Positions 36,858-46,600 of a stretch of DNA of 64,000 bases are shown here, piece after piece. Origin of the DNA: Methylophaga sp. (GTDB lineage: Bacteria; Pseudomonadota; Gammaproteobacteria; Nitrosococcales; Methylophagaceae); assembly GCA_011053005.1 (NCBI GenBank), contig DRHW01000016.1, forward strand, positions 39,851 through 103,850, read 5' to 3'. The notes under the pieces were generated by a model that saw only the letters and a list, made by a program, of their open reading frames with translations, did no database searches and had not been told where the DNA came from. The translations under genes were made by a program, and so were the position numbers. Numbering within the stretch: position 1 is the first letter of the stretch; each line of letters starts with the position of its first letter.

Positions 36858-37697
36858 ATGAATATTAATTTAGCCAGTACATTTCTAGAAATTGTAAGAG
36901 CAGGTAGTTTTATTGCTGCAGCAGAAAAATTGTATGTCACACAAACGACAGTCACGGCGCGCATTCATACATTAGAAAAACAGGTCGGTTGCAAATTATT
37001 TGTTAGAAATCGATCAGGTGCTAGCTTAACCCCTGATGGCCAAAAGTTTATTGAACACGCAACTAAAATGGTACAGCTTTGGGAAGCTGCCAAGCGAGAC
37101 CTGCCTTTACCTGATGGTACTGAACAGGTTCTTAATATTGGTGCGGAAATTAGCTTATGGAGCCCATTAATGTTGCAGTGGCTCTCCGAACTCAATCAGT
37201 CTGGAAGTCAATTAGCCATTAGAACGGAGATTGGTGAACGACATACTTTGATCAAGAAACTAGAGCATGGTGTATTAGATGCTATTGTGATTCATCAACC
37301 TGAATACTGGCCTGGTGTTCAAGTTGAGCAGTTATTAGAAGAAAAACTGATTATGGTCAGTGCTCGCCAATCAGCAGAGCCTTATATTTACATCGATTGG
37401 GGAGAGCATTTTCAAAAACAACATGATGCTGCATTACCTGACCTTGCCAGAGCAAAGATGACTTTCAATTTAGGTCCACTCGCATTGCAGTACCTACTAG
37501 GAAATGGCGGCAGTGGTTATTTCAGAACACGCGTTGTCGAGCAGCATATTAAATCAGGTTTATTGGATCATAATACTGATTATCCCGAGTTCACATTTCC
37601 AGTTTATGTGATGTATAGAAAGCAAGATAAAAAGCGCTATGAAAAAGAAATTAAATCATTATTTGATGCTTGCCAAATAGAGTATGTATGGTCGTAA
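36858..37697 (+). CDS. LysR-family transcriptional regulator
   Basis: 279 aa with the HTH FLEIVRAGSFIAAAEKLYVTQTTVTARIHTLEKQVGCKLFVR. Divergent from ccoN. Confidence 0.88.
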   Translation: MNINLASTFLEIVRAGSFIAAAEKLYVTQTTVTARIHTLEKQVGCKLFVRNRSGASLTPDGQKFIEHATKMVQLWEAAKRDLPLPDGTEQVLNIGAEISLWSPLMLQWLSELNQSGSQLAIRTEIGERHTLIKKLEHGVLDAIVIHQPEYWPGVQVEQLLEEKLIMVSARQSAEPYIYIDWGEHFQKQHDAALPDLARAKMTFNLGPLALQYLLGNGGSGYFRTRVVEQHIKSGLLDHNTDYPEFTFPVYVMYRKQDKKRYEKEIKSLFDACQIEYVWS

Positions 37698-37772
37698 AAC
37701 GACGTCATTATGTTTATTATTGAACTCTATTTAACTTAAAACAATATAAAGAAATTAGTTTTAAGTGAATGA

Positions 37773-37800
37773 ATAGGTGGCAGTTTATCCCACCACCTAT
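37773..37800. terminator. Hairpin between convergent lysR and hmp
   Basis: ATAGGTGG-12 nt-CCACCTAT (8-bp stem). Confidence 0.45.
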
Positions 37801-37815
37801 CTCGATCATTATCGA

Positions 37816-39006
37816 TTAAATATCGTCATGAGGTCCAAATGTTTCGTAGTGAATACGATCTGAATCCACACCTAATTCACGCAGCTGTAACTTAATAAAG
37901 CGCATAAAGTCAGTTGGTCCACAAATATAAAAGTGACCATCATTGAAAGGAAGTTCAGCATAAATAGTGTTGAGGTCCATTAAGCCAGTTAAGCTTCTTT
38001 CATCGGTTACTTTTTCTTCGCTGTACCAATAAAAATTATTCACATCAGCATAAGTTGAGGACAATGTTTCAACACGTTGTTGAAATGAATGTTGCTGGCT
38101 ATTTCTACAGGCATGTAAAAACAAAATAGGTTGTTCAATCCCTTTATCAACCATCGTTTCTAACATCGCCATCATTGGTGTAATACCAACTCCAGCAGAA
38201 ATTAATACGGTCGGTTTATCGGTATGTTCAAGATAAAATGCTCCGGCAGGTGGCATCAATTCAACCGTATCACCAACATTTAAATGGTCATGCAGATGAT
38301 TAGAAACCATGCCTAATTCTGGAAATAGTTCTTTTTTGACGCTGATACGGTAGCTATTAGGATTATATTTATCTGATATAGAATATTGTCTTATTTCAAT
38401 ATTCTGGGCATTTTTAGGTTTCACGCTGACGGCAATATATTGACCGGGTGCATAGTCTCGTACTTGACCACCATCAACAGGCACAAAAGTAAAATTAGTG
38501 ACTAACTCAGATTCGACTACTTTTTCTTTCACTTTGAATACTCGTGGACCGCTCCATCCGCCGACTTGGTCGGCAGACGCTTGATACAGATCTCGTTCAC
38601 GGCCGATTAATATATTGGCAAGTAATCCATAAGCCTCAATCCATGCATCAGCAACTTCATTTGTAAAATCGTTGGGCGCCATTTCACGCAGTGTTTCAAT
38701 CAGATGATGTCCAATGATTTGATATTGATCTGGCTGGATATTCAAGCTGGTGTGTTTTTGAGCTACTCGCTCAACTAAACTGCTCAATACACCTAAATTA
38801 TCAATATTTGTAGCATAAGCAGCAACGGCGCTGAATAAAGCAAATTGCTGACGACCAGTAGCTTGATTCGTTAAGTTGAAAATATCTTTCATTTCAGGAT
38901 TATGTGAAAACAATCGTTTGTAAAAATGATCGGTAACTTCAACACCTGCATTTTCGAGAAGAGGAATGGTACTTTTTACTATATCTATCGTTTTTGTAGA
39001 TAACAT
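37816..39006 (-). CDS. hmp: Flavohaemoglobin / nitric oxide dioxygenase Hmp
   Basis: 396 aa. The globin N-terminus is MLSTKTIDIVKSTIPLLENAGVEVTDHFYKRLFSHNPEMKDIFN. The FAD/NAD reductase half carries RQYSIS, GVGITPMMAML and YICGP. Confidence 0.92.
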   Translation of the reverse strand: MLSTKTIDIVKSTIPLLENAGVEVTDHFYKRLFSHNPEMKDIFNLTNQATGRQQFALFSAVAAYATNIDNLGVLSSLVERVAQKHTSLNIQPDQYQIIGHHLIETLREMAPNDFTNEVADAWIEAYGLLANILIGRERDLYQASADQVGGWSGPRVFKVKEKVVESELVTNFTFVPVDGGQVRDYAPGQYIAVSVKPKNAQNIEIRQYSISDKYNPNSYRISVKKELFPELGMVSNHLHDHLNVGDTVELMPPAGAFYLEHTDKPTVLISAGVGITPMMAMLETMVDKGIEQPILFLHACRNSQQHSFQQRVETLSSTYADVNNFYWYSEEKVTDERSLTGLMDLNTIYAELPFNDGHFYICGPTDFMRFIKLQLRELGVDSDRIHYETFGPHDDI

Positions 39007-39056
39007 GGATAACTCCTAGTTTATTTGTCGTTAGATGGTTGGTTGTAACTCACTAA

Positions 39057-40247
39057 TTAACCTAAACGTCCATCTAGACGTGGTTTGTAGAGAATTGGAA
39101 AATAAAAATAAATAAATATCATGAAGCTCGTAATCCATAGTCCACCACTTATCATGATAAAAAATAATGGATCTGAACTCTGTGGAGCCAGCATTCTTAT
39201 GATTCCTGCTAGAAAAATGAAAGCAAAGCTAATCGACATGGTTTTATTAGGTTTCAAGGGTCTGCCGGTGTGGCCTAATGACACGCGAGACATCATCGAT
39301 AAAATCATGTCTGCTATCGCAGTAATGGCCACAATATGCAAAATATCTACAAAGGCTATGGTATTTGTTAAGTCGCTTATTCCAAGAAGTATTAGTCCGA
39401 TCGCCATGCCTAAATAAGCAAGATGTAATGACCATAGAAGACTCATTGTCCAGATCAATTTATGATGCCAACTATAAAGGAGTACGAGGTGGAACAATCC
39501 CGCAAGCAGTAGTAACCAGCCAGCCTTAAAGGGTATTTCTGTTAGCCCGCTTACAATAAAACTGGCCGTAGCTAAAATAGTAGTCAACAGTACTAGTAGG
39601 TTAAAGTAGGGCGGTAGCCAACCACTTTTGTTATTACAGGCCGTATTAGTGAAAAACGGAATAACGCGTCCACCTACAATGCTAATTAATATCGTAAACA
39701 GTAAAACCATACTCTGACTGAGATGATTAGCCAGTTGATAGTGTTGATTATGAGTGGCAAACAGAATCAAAATATTGATGGTCATCATAGACAGCAACAA
39801 TGCAATCAAAGGTGCGTTACGTTTATTACCTGACAAAATGATTTGCCGTGAAAAACTAATAATGCTACCTAACCACCATAAACTTTGAGCAATTATCAAT
39901 ATCGACCATGCCAATGAAGAGTCGTTAATAAAGGGGGCGAGTCTGGCGATTAACCATGTTAAACACAATATTGCTAGCGGTCTGCCTGATAACCCAGCAA
40001 TACCTGTCCAGTTTTGACCTGCTGTCATTAAAAATCCCGTGGCAACGACTGCACCAAAGCCAAATAACATTTCATGGGCATGCCAAATCGTCATTGGCAT
40101 TATGTGCTGCGGTTGCCATTGCGTTGTAAGCATAAATAACCACAACACAACACTGATAACAGCCCAACAAGCACCAAGTAAAAAACTAGGGCGAAATGCT
40201 AAAGCCATAACAGGCTGATGAGCTAATGAGAACATTCGTTTCTTCAT
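39057..40247 (-). CDS. nnrS: NnrS family haem-copper membrane protein (NO stress)
   Basis: 396 aa, about 12 TM helices, with the typical NnrS start (FRPSFLLGA, WHAHEMLFGF) and conserved His residues. It lies 50 nt upstream of hmp. Confidence 0.82.
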   Translation of the reverse strand: MKKRMFSLAHQPVMALAFRPSFLLGACWAVISVVLWLFMLTTQWQPQHIMPMTIWHAHEMLFGFGAVVATGFLMTAGQNWTGIAGLSGRPLAILCLTWLIARLAPFINDSSLAWSILIIAQSLWWLGSIISFSRQIILSGNKRNAPLIALLLSMMTINILILFATHNQHYQLANHLSQSMVLLFTILISIVGGRVIPFFTNTACNNKSGWLPPYFNLLVLLTTILATASFIVSGLTEIPFKAGWLLLLAGLFHLVLLYSWHHKLIWTMSLLWSLHLAYLGMAIGLILLGISDLTNTIAFVDILHIVAITAIADMILSMMSRVSLGHTGRPLKPNKTMSISFAFIFLAGIIRMLAPQSSDPLFFIMISGGLWITSFMIFIYFYFPILYKPRLDGRLG

Positions 40248-40279
40248 GGTCTTTATCCACTATTGTTTCCATGAGTAGA

Positions 40280-40294
40280 GCAGAACATATGCCA
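40280..40294 (-). promoter_or_regulatory. sigma54 (-24/-12) promoter of nnrS-hmp
   Basis: The minus strand reads TGGCAT-ATGTT-CTGC, which fits GG-N10-GC. The -12 element lies about 33 nt upstream of the nnrS ATG (40247). Confidence 0.65.
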
Positions 40295-40348
40295 ATATAA
40301 ATATAGTATATTTATCAGTGCCTTAGGGTTTTATATGTATTTTTATAT

Positions 40349-40403
40349 GTCATTATGACACATATAAAAATATGTCAATTTGTCATAAATGTGTTAATTT
40401 GAC
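40349..40403. promoter_or_regulatory. NorR enhancer: three GT-N7-AC type boxes
   Basis: GTCATTATGAC at 40349..40359 is a perfect box. GTCAATTTGTC at 40374..40384 has one arm imperfect. GTTAATTTGAC at 40393..40403 fits the pattern. All lie upstream of the sigma54 promoter in the norR / nnrS intergenic region. Confidence 0.6.
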
Positions 40404-40435
40404 CTATAAATAATCTAACTATGGTGACTGACTTT

Positions 40436-42016
40436 ATGAGCCTTTTCGATTCCAATTTATTGATAGAAGTCGCGCTGGATTTAGCTAATAGTATTAATAA
40501 TGATGATCGGTTTGATCGCTTATTGGATTCTATTCGAAAAGCGATCGAATGCGATGCAGTCGTATTGCTTGGTTTACATGCTAATGTACTGACGCCCTTA
40601 GCAACACAGGGCGTTTCAACCGAAGTACAGGGCAGACGATTTATCGTAGATGAACATCCACGGCTTAAATTAATTTGTGAATCAACTATGCCTATGACGT
40701 TTCCTGAACCTTGTGATTTACCCGATCCTTATGATGGTTTATTACTTGCCGTGGCAGGTGATTTGCCTGTTCATTCTTGTATGGGCCTGCCACTTTATTC
40801 CGACTATAAATTGATTGGTGTGGTCACTATCGATAGTTTGGAAGCTCAAGCCTTTAAGAATATCAGCAGAAAAACCCTTGAACTGATTGCCGCCTTATCA
40901 TCAGCCACTTTAAAAACAGCATTAGAATTCAAAAAGTTAGAGATAAGTGCTCAGCATGCACATGAGCTTGTACAAGAGTTGACAGAGGAAGCCTTGTTAA
41001 AAGATGGTGGTGAGTTAATAGGTCAAAGCAACGCAATGCTGGCACTAAAAAACGAAATCCAACTGGTTGCAAGCTCAGACTATACCGTTTTAATTATGGG
41101 CGAAACCGGTGTCGGCAAAGAGTTAGTCGCTCGAAAAGTGCATCAAATGTCACGTCTTAAAGATAAATATTTAGTGCATATCAATTGTGCATCTTTAACT
41201 GAAACCTTAGCTGAAGCAGAACTATTTGGTCATACCAAAGGCGCATTTACCGGCGCCGAAAAATCAAGGGCAGGTAAGTTTCAGTTGGCAAATGGCGGTA
41301 GTATCTTTCTTGATGAAGTTGGCGAACTGCCATTATCGATCCAAAGTAAATTATTACGTGTATTACAAAGTGGCGAAATTCAGCCGGTTGGCCAAGATCA
41401 TGTTGAACACGTTAATGTCAGAATCATCGCTGCTACTAACCGAGATTTAGAAGAAGAGGTGAGAATGGGACGATTTAGAGCCGATTTATATCACCGCCTT
41501 TCCGTTTATCCTTTAAAAGTACCAAGATTAAATCAGCGTGGTAATGATATTTTATTACTCACGGGCTGTTTTTTAGAAAAGACTAGCAGGAAATTAGGTA
41601 TAAGACAGCTTAAACTCTCTAAAGAAGCCGAGACGGCTTTAGTTGATTATCCATGGCCAGGTAATGTTCGTGAACTGGAACATGTGATTAGTAGAGCATC
41701 ACTTAAAGCAAAATCAAAGGGTGATAAAAATGGCATTATTTCACTTGATAAACACGATTTAGAATTGGCGGATAACACTGCTAACGATGCACTTTCTGAC
41801 GAAAATTCTGCACAGGTAATCATCAAAGATAAGATACAAATCGTTGATTTGAATGAATCAACACAGGCATTTCAACGTCAATGTATCGTGCATGCTGTTG
41901 AGCAAGCAAAAGGTAATTGGAGCGAAGCCGCGCGTAATGTGAATATCGATCGAGCTAACTTAATCCGTTTGGCAAAGCGATTGGGTATTTCAGTTAAAAA
42001 AACCGTACATACTTAA
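40436..42016 (+). CDS. norR: NO-responsive sigma54-dependent activator NorR (GAF-AAA+-HTH)
   Basis: The N-terminus is collinear with E. coli NorR as I recall it (DRFDRLLDSIRKAIECDAVVLL, GRRFIVDEHPRLK, LPDPYDGLL). It also has the Walker A motif GETGVGKE, the GAFTGA loop and a C-terminal HTH. The ORF track starts at 40421; ATG 40436 (MSLFDSNLL) is preferred. Confidence 0.9.
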   Translation: MSLFDSNLLIEVALDLANSINNDDRFDRLLDSIRKAIECDAVVLLGLHANVLTPLATQGVSTEVQGRRFIVDEHPRLKLICESTMPMTFPEPCDLPDPYDGLLLAVAGDLPVHSCMGLPLYSDYKLIGVVTIDSLEAQAFKNISRKTLELIAALSSATLKTALEFKKLEISAQHAHELVQELTEEALLKDGGELIGQSNAMLALKNEIQLVASSDYTVLIMGETGVGKELVARKVHQMSRLKDKYLVHINCASLTETLAEAELFGHTKGAFTGAEKSRAGKFQLANGGSIFLDEVGELPLSIQSKLLRVLQSGEIQPVGQDHVEHVNVRIIAATNRDLEEEVRMGRFRADLYHRLSVYPLKVPRLNQRGNDILLLTGCFLEKTSRKLGIRQLKLSKEAETALVDYPWPGNVRELEHVISRASLKAKSKGDKNGIISLDKHDLELADNTANDALSDENSAQVIIKDKIQIVDLNESTQAFQRQCIVHAVEQAKGNWSEAARNVNIDRANLIRLAKRLGISVKKTVHT

Positions 42017-42104
42017 TTTATTTTCTATATTAATCATAACCTTAAATGCTATCGCTATTAAGTTATGTTTGAGTTATTGATAAAGGTATGCGATAGTTCG
42101 CGCC

Positions 42105-42422
42105 ATGAAATCACCTTTTCTCATTTTATTTCTTATCCTAAACTTGCTGGCCATTAACTTGGCATCAGCCAGCTTTAGTTATACTGAGAAAGAAGCTGAA
42201 TCACATAGTCTTTCTGCTCAACATGATCATTCCATGGAAAATCATAACGACCATGACGAGTCTAAATGTACTCATTTTTGTCATATTTCTTCGCATATGG
42301 TTGGGCTGGTTAGCCAAATAATAACGCCTGCATTTAATCGCGATTCAGTTTCATACTTGGCGTTCAAAAAACAGTTCGACTCATTTATTCAGACACCGCC
42401 ATCCGAACCACCTAAAGCCTGA
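42105..42422 (+). CDS. Small secreted His/Cys-rich protein upstream of heavy-metal RND genes (possible metal-binding accessory)
   Basis: 105 aa with a signal peptide (LAINLASA). The mature part begins with SHSLSAQHDHSMENHNDHDESKCTHFCHISSHM. I recognise no family. Confidence 0.45.
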   Translation: MKSPFLILFLILNLLAINLASASFSYTEKEAESHSLSAQHDHSMENHNDHDESKCTHFCHISSHMVGLVSQIITPAFNRDSVSYLAFKKQFDSFIQTPPSEPPKA

Positions 42423-42494
42423 GCTACTACAAAAACACGTTGTTGTGACTTATTCACACTGCGTACTTGTTTTTAAATTTTTCAGGAAATATCC

Positions 42495-43685
42495 ATGAAT
42501 GTTTTAACTTCTCGGCAGCTTGCTGTACGAGCATCTTTATTGGCGGTCACGTTAATAATAAATAGTATTTCATCAATCACATTAGCTGATACATCTGATA
42601 CGTCGCACCACACTAAAAGTAACGGCGTGCAAAACCAGCAAGACTCTGCTGATGATGAACATCAAGCAGGTGTCATCCGCTTAACCGCTGAACAAATAAC
42701 AATGGCTGGTATTATTGTTCAACCTTTGCAATTATAGTCTATTCAATCCTCTATTAACGCTCCCGGTGAAGTTGCATTTAATAGTTATAAAACAGCCGTT
42801 ATTAGTCCTAGAATCACCGCCCAGTTGATTAAACAACACGTGGTATTAGGTCAGTCTGTTAAAAAAGGCGACGTGATTGTGACTTTATCTAGCGTAGCAA
42901 TGGCCGAGGCCCAAGCAAAAGTATTAATCACTTATCTAGATTGGACACGTATTCAAAGTTTGGGTAAAAAAATCATCTCCGAACAGCGCTATTTAGAAGC
43001 CCAAATTGATTGGGAGTTAGCTAAGGCTAAAGCAATAGCCTATGGCATGACCTTAAGCCAGATAAATAAGTTGGTGAAAAGTAATCAGTTTTCTCAAGCC
43101 AATGGTCTGTTCGATTTAGTTGCACTGATTGATGGCACAATCTTAAAAGAAGATCATCTAGTCGGTCAGCAAATTGAACCCGGTCAAACGGTTAATGTGA
43201 TCACTGATGAATCAAATATGTGGACCATTGCTAATGTGCCACCAGATGTAGCTCGTCAAATCAATGTAGGTAATAAAGCCAGTGTACTGTGGGACGGCAA
43301 AAGCTATCCGGCAGTGGTATCGCAAATTTATCATAACCTTGATGAATTGACGCGTACCTCACGGATTCGTCTCGATGTGGCAAATACTGAAGATACTTTG
43401 CATCCCGGTTTATTTGTCGATACTCAAATTGATACCTCTAATCAAACTAAAGCTTTACTCGTTCCCGAATCTGCTGTGCTAAGAAGCTCCGATGGCGACT
43501 GGCAAGTATTTGTCGAACAAGATCAAGTGGGTGAATTTAAAGGTGTTGAAATCGACGTTGTCGATATTCGTAATGGACAGGCCATTATTACAGGCTTAGA
43601 TGTGGGTACTGCGGTCGTTGTTGAAGGTGCTTTTTTCGTGCAATCAGAGTTGGCGAAAAGCGGCTTTGAAATTCACAACCATTAA
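42495..43685 (+). pseudogene. Heavy-metal RND adaptor (CusB/CzcB family) interrupted by a single in-frame TAG
   Basis: ORFs 42495..42737 and 42825..43685 share one frame. I translated the stretch between them as S I Q S S I N A P G E V A F N S Y K T A V I S P R I T A Q and found no other stop. It supplies the expected MFP beta-strand/lipoyl entry. The only stop is TAG at 42735..42737. Confidence 0.65.
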
Positions 43686-43697
43686 AGAGAGTTTGCC

Positions 43698-46600
43698 ATG
43701 TTGAATAAACTGATAGAAATATCAGTCCGCAGTCGCTTATTAGTTGTGTTGGCTTTAATTGGCACACTATTCGGTGCAGGATTGATATTACCCAAACTTA
43801 ATCTTGATGCATTTCCTGACGTGTCAAATGTTCAAGTTTCAATTAACACTGTTGCTGAAGGTCTAGCGTCGGAAGAAGTAGAGCAACTCATTACTTTTCC
43901 CATTGAAGCGGTGATGTATAGCTTGCCTGATGTTGAAGAGGTACGTTCAATATCTAAAACCGGCTTATCAATGGTCACCGTTGTTTTCAAAGAAGGTACC
44001 GATATATATTTTGCTAGGCAGTTGGTATTTGAACGTTTGCAAGCGGCAAAAGAAGAAGTACCCAATGGCATTGGCACACCAGAAATGGGGCCTAACACCT
44101 CTGGTTTAAGCATGGTGTACCAATATATTCTGCGTGCCGAAGATCCAGAAAAATACGACATTATGACTTTGCGTAGTCTTAATGATTGGGTGGTTAAATT
44201 ATTGTTAATGCCCGTAGATGGCGTGACTGAAATTTTGTCTTTTGGTGGCGAAGTACGTCAATATCAAGTTCAGGTTGATCCTAAAAAACTCTTGGCTTAT
44301 GACATCAACATTAGCGATATATCGGCAGCCATTGAAGCGGGCAATCATAATGCCGGTGGTTGGTATATGCAGCGAGGTCAAGAACAGCTTGTCATTCGTG
44401 GTGTAGGTTGGTTACGTTCAAATGAAGATGGCTTGCGTGATATTGGCAATATTCCCTTAAAACAAGATGATGGCATTGTTGTGCATGTTAATGATGTTGC
44501 AAAAGTGGAATATGGCGGTGAAATTCGTCAAGGTGCAGTGAGTTTGTCTCGTCGTGATGCACAAGGAAATACTGAATCGTTAGGTGAAGTGATGACCGGC
44601 GTGGTGTTGAAACGCATGGGCGCCAATACTAAATTAACGATTGATGGCATTAAATCGCGGTTGCCTTTAATACAGCAAGCGCTGCCTGACGGTGTATTTA
44701 TTGATCCGGTATATGATCAATCGAATTTAGTTGAACAAGCCGTCGCAACCGTCAGCAAAGCATTGTTAGAAGCTTTTATACTTATCATCGTTATCTTGCT
44801 GATTTTCTTGATGAATATACGTGCGACTTTGTTGGTGTTATTATCCGTTCCTCTTTCCATTGGTCTTGCTTTAATGGTGATGGCCTATTGGGGAATATCA
44901 GCTAATTTGATGTCTTTAGGTGGTTTAGCGATTGCCATTGGCATGATGGTTGATGGCTCGGTGGTGATGATGGAGCATATTTTTAGCCGTCTAACGCAGC
45001 CCGAACAACACGCTAACAATAAACAAATAGCACAGAAGGATCTTGTTCAAAATCCTTCTGCGATGCCTTTACGAATTATGGATGCAGCTAAAGAAGTCGG
45101 GCGGCCCGTATTTTTTGCAGTGATGATCATTACTATTGTATTTGCACCGTTATTTGCTTTGGAAGGTGTGGAAGGTAAATTATTCCAACCGATGGCGATA
45201 TCCATTGTTTTAGCAATGTTGGCATCGTTATTTGTTGCTTTAATGGTTGTGCCTGCGATGGCGACCTATTTATTTCGTAAAGAGGTCAAAGAAAAACACA
45301 ATTTCATCTTTTCGCCTATAGAAAAAGGCTATCGTCGATTGCTTAGCTTTTCATTAGTACATAAATTTTCGTTAGTGATTGCGGCTGTAGGATTACTTTT
45401 AGGTTCTTTATATTTAATACCATTATTGGGAACCGAGTTTGTGCCAGAACTAGAAGAGGGCACGATTAATGTTCGCGTGACGCTCGCACCATCATCTAGT
45501 TTGGATGCTTCTTTGCAAGTAGCGGATAAAATGGAAGCTATTTTAATGACCTTTCCTGAGGTTAACTATGCAACGAGTCGTATTGGGCGAGCTGAAATTG
45601 GCGGTGATCCAGAACCGGTTTCTAATATCGAAATTTATGTTGGAATGAAGCCTGTTCATCAATGGACCAGTGCACAAAATCGCACGCAATTACAGGCACT
45701 AATGCAAGAAAAAATGTCGGTGATGCCAGGTTTGTTGTTTTCATTTTCACAACCTATTGCCACTCGCGTTGATGAATTATTATCGGGTACCAAGGCGCAG
45801 TTAGCGATTAAATTATTTGGACCTGATCTCAACACATTGGCAGAAAAGGGCAGTGAAATAGAAACACTAGTCAAATCAATTGATGGCAGCGTCGGCATTG
45901 CATTAGAACCTATCGAAGGCGAAGCACAATTAGTGATTCGTCCTGATCGTGACAAATTATCTCGTCATGGTATTCCTATGGCGCAGGTGATGAGTTTAGT
46001 TGGTGAAGCGATTGGTGGCCAAAATGCAGGTCAAGTGATTAATGGTAATGAGCGCTACGATATTTATGTTCGTCTTGCTCAGCAATATCGTAATGATATT
46101 CAAGCCATTAAAGCGTTAACTTTACAGTCTGCTACAGGCGCTTGGGTAAGGTTAGGGGATGTTGCAAAGGTAGCAATTGAATCTGGACCACCACAAATAA
46201 GACGAGATGATGTACAACGTCGCGTGGTGATTCAAGCTAATGTCACGGGCCGAGATATGGGCAGTTATGTTGCTGAAATTAATCAACGAATCGAAAGTGA
46301 TATTGATTTACCAGCGGGTTATTCAGTAGTTTATGGCGGTCAGTTTGAAAATCAACAACGAGCTCAAGCACGATTAATGATCGTAGTACCCCTGTCTTTA
46401 GGCTTAATCTTTTTATTACTTTATTTTGCCTTTAATTCAATCGGTCAAGCTTTATTGATTATGTTGAATGTGCCACTGGCGTTAATTGGTGGCATCGCTG
46501 CATTATATGTATCAAATCAATATTTATCGGTGCCTAGCTCAATTGGCTTTATCGCCTTATTTGGCGTGGCGGTATTGAATGGGGTGGTGATGGTTAATGC

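Noticed and set aside
42825-43685. 286-aa ORF with a TTG start, listed as a separate gene.
   Set aside because: It is in the same frame as 42495..42737, with only one TAG between them. The sequence is the continuation of an RND adaptor, so I treated it as part of a disrupted gene and not as an independent CDS.
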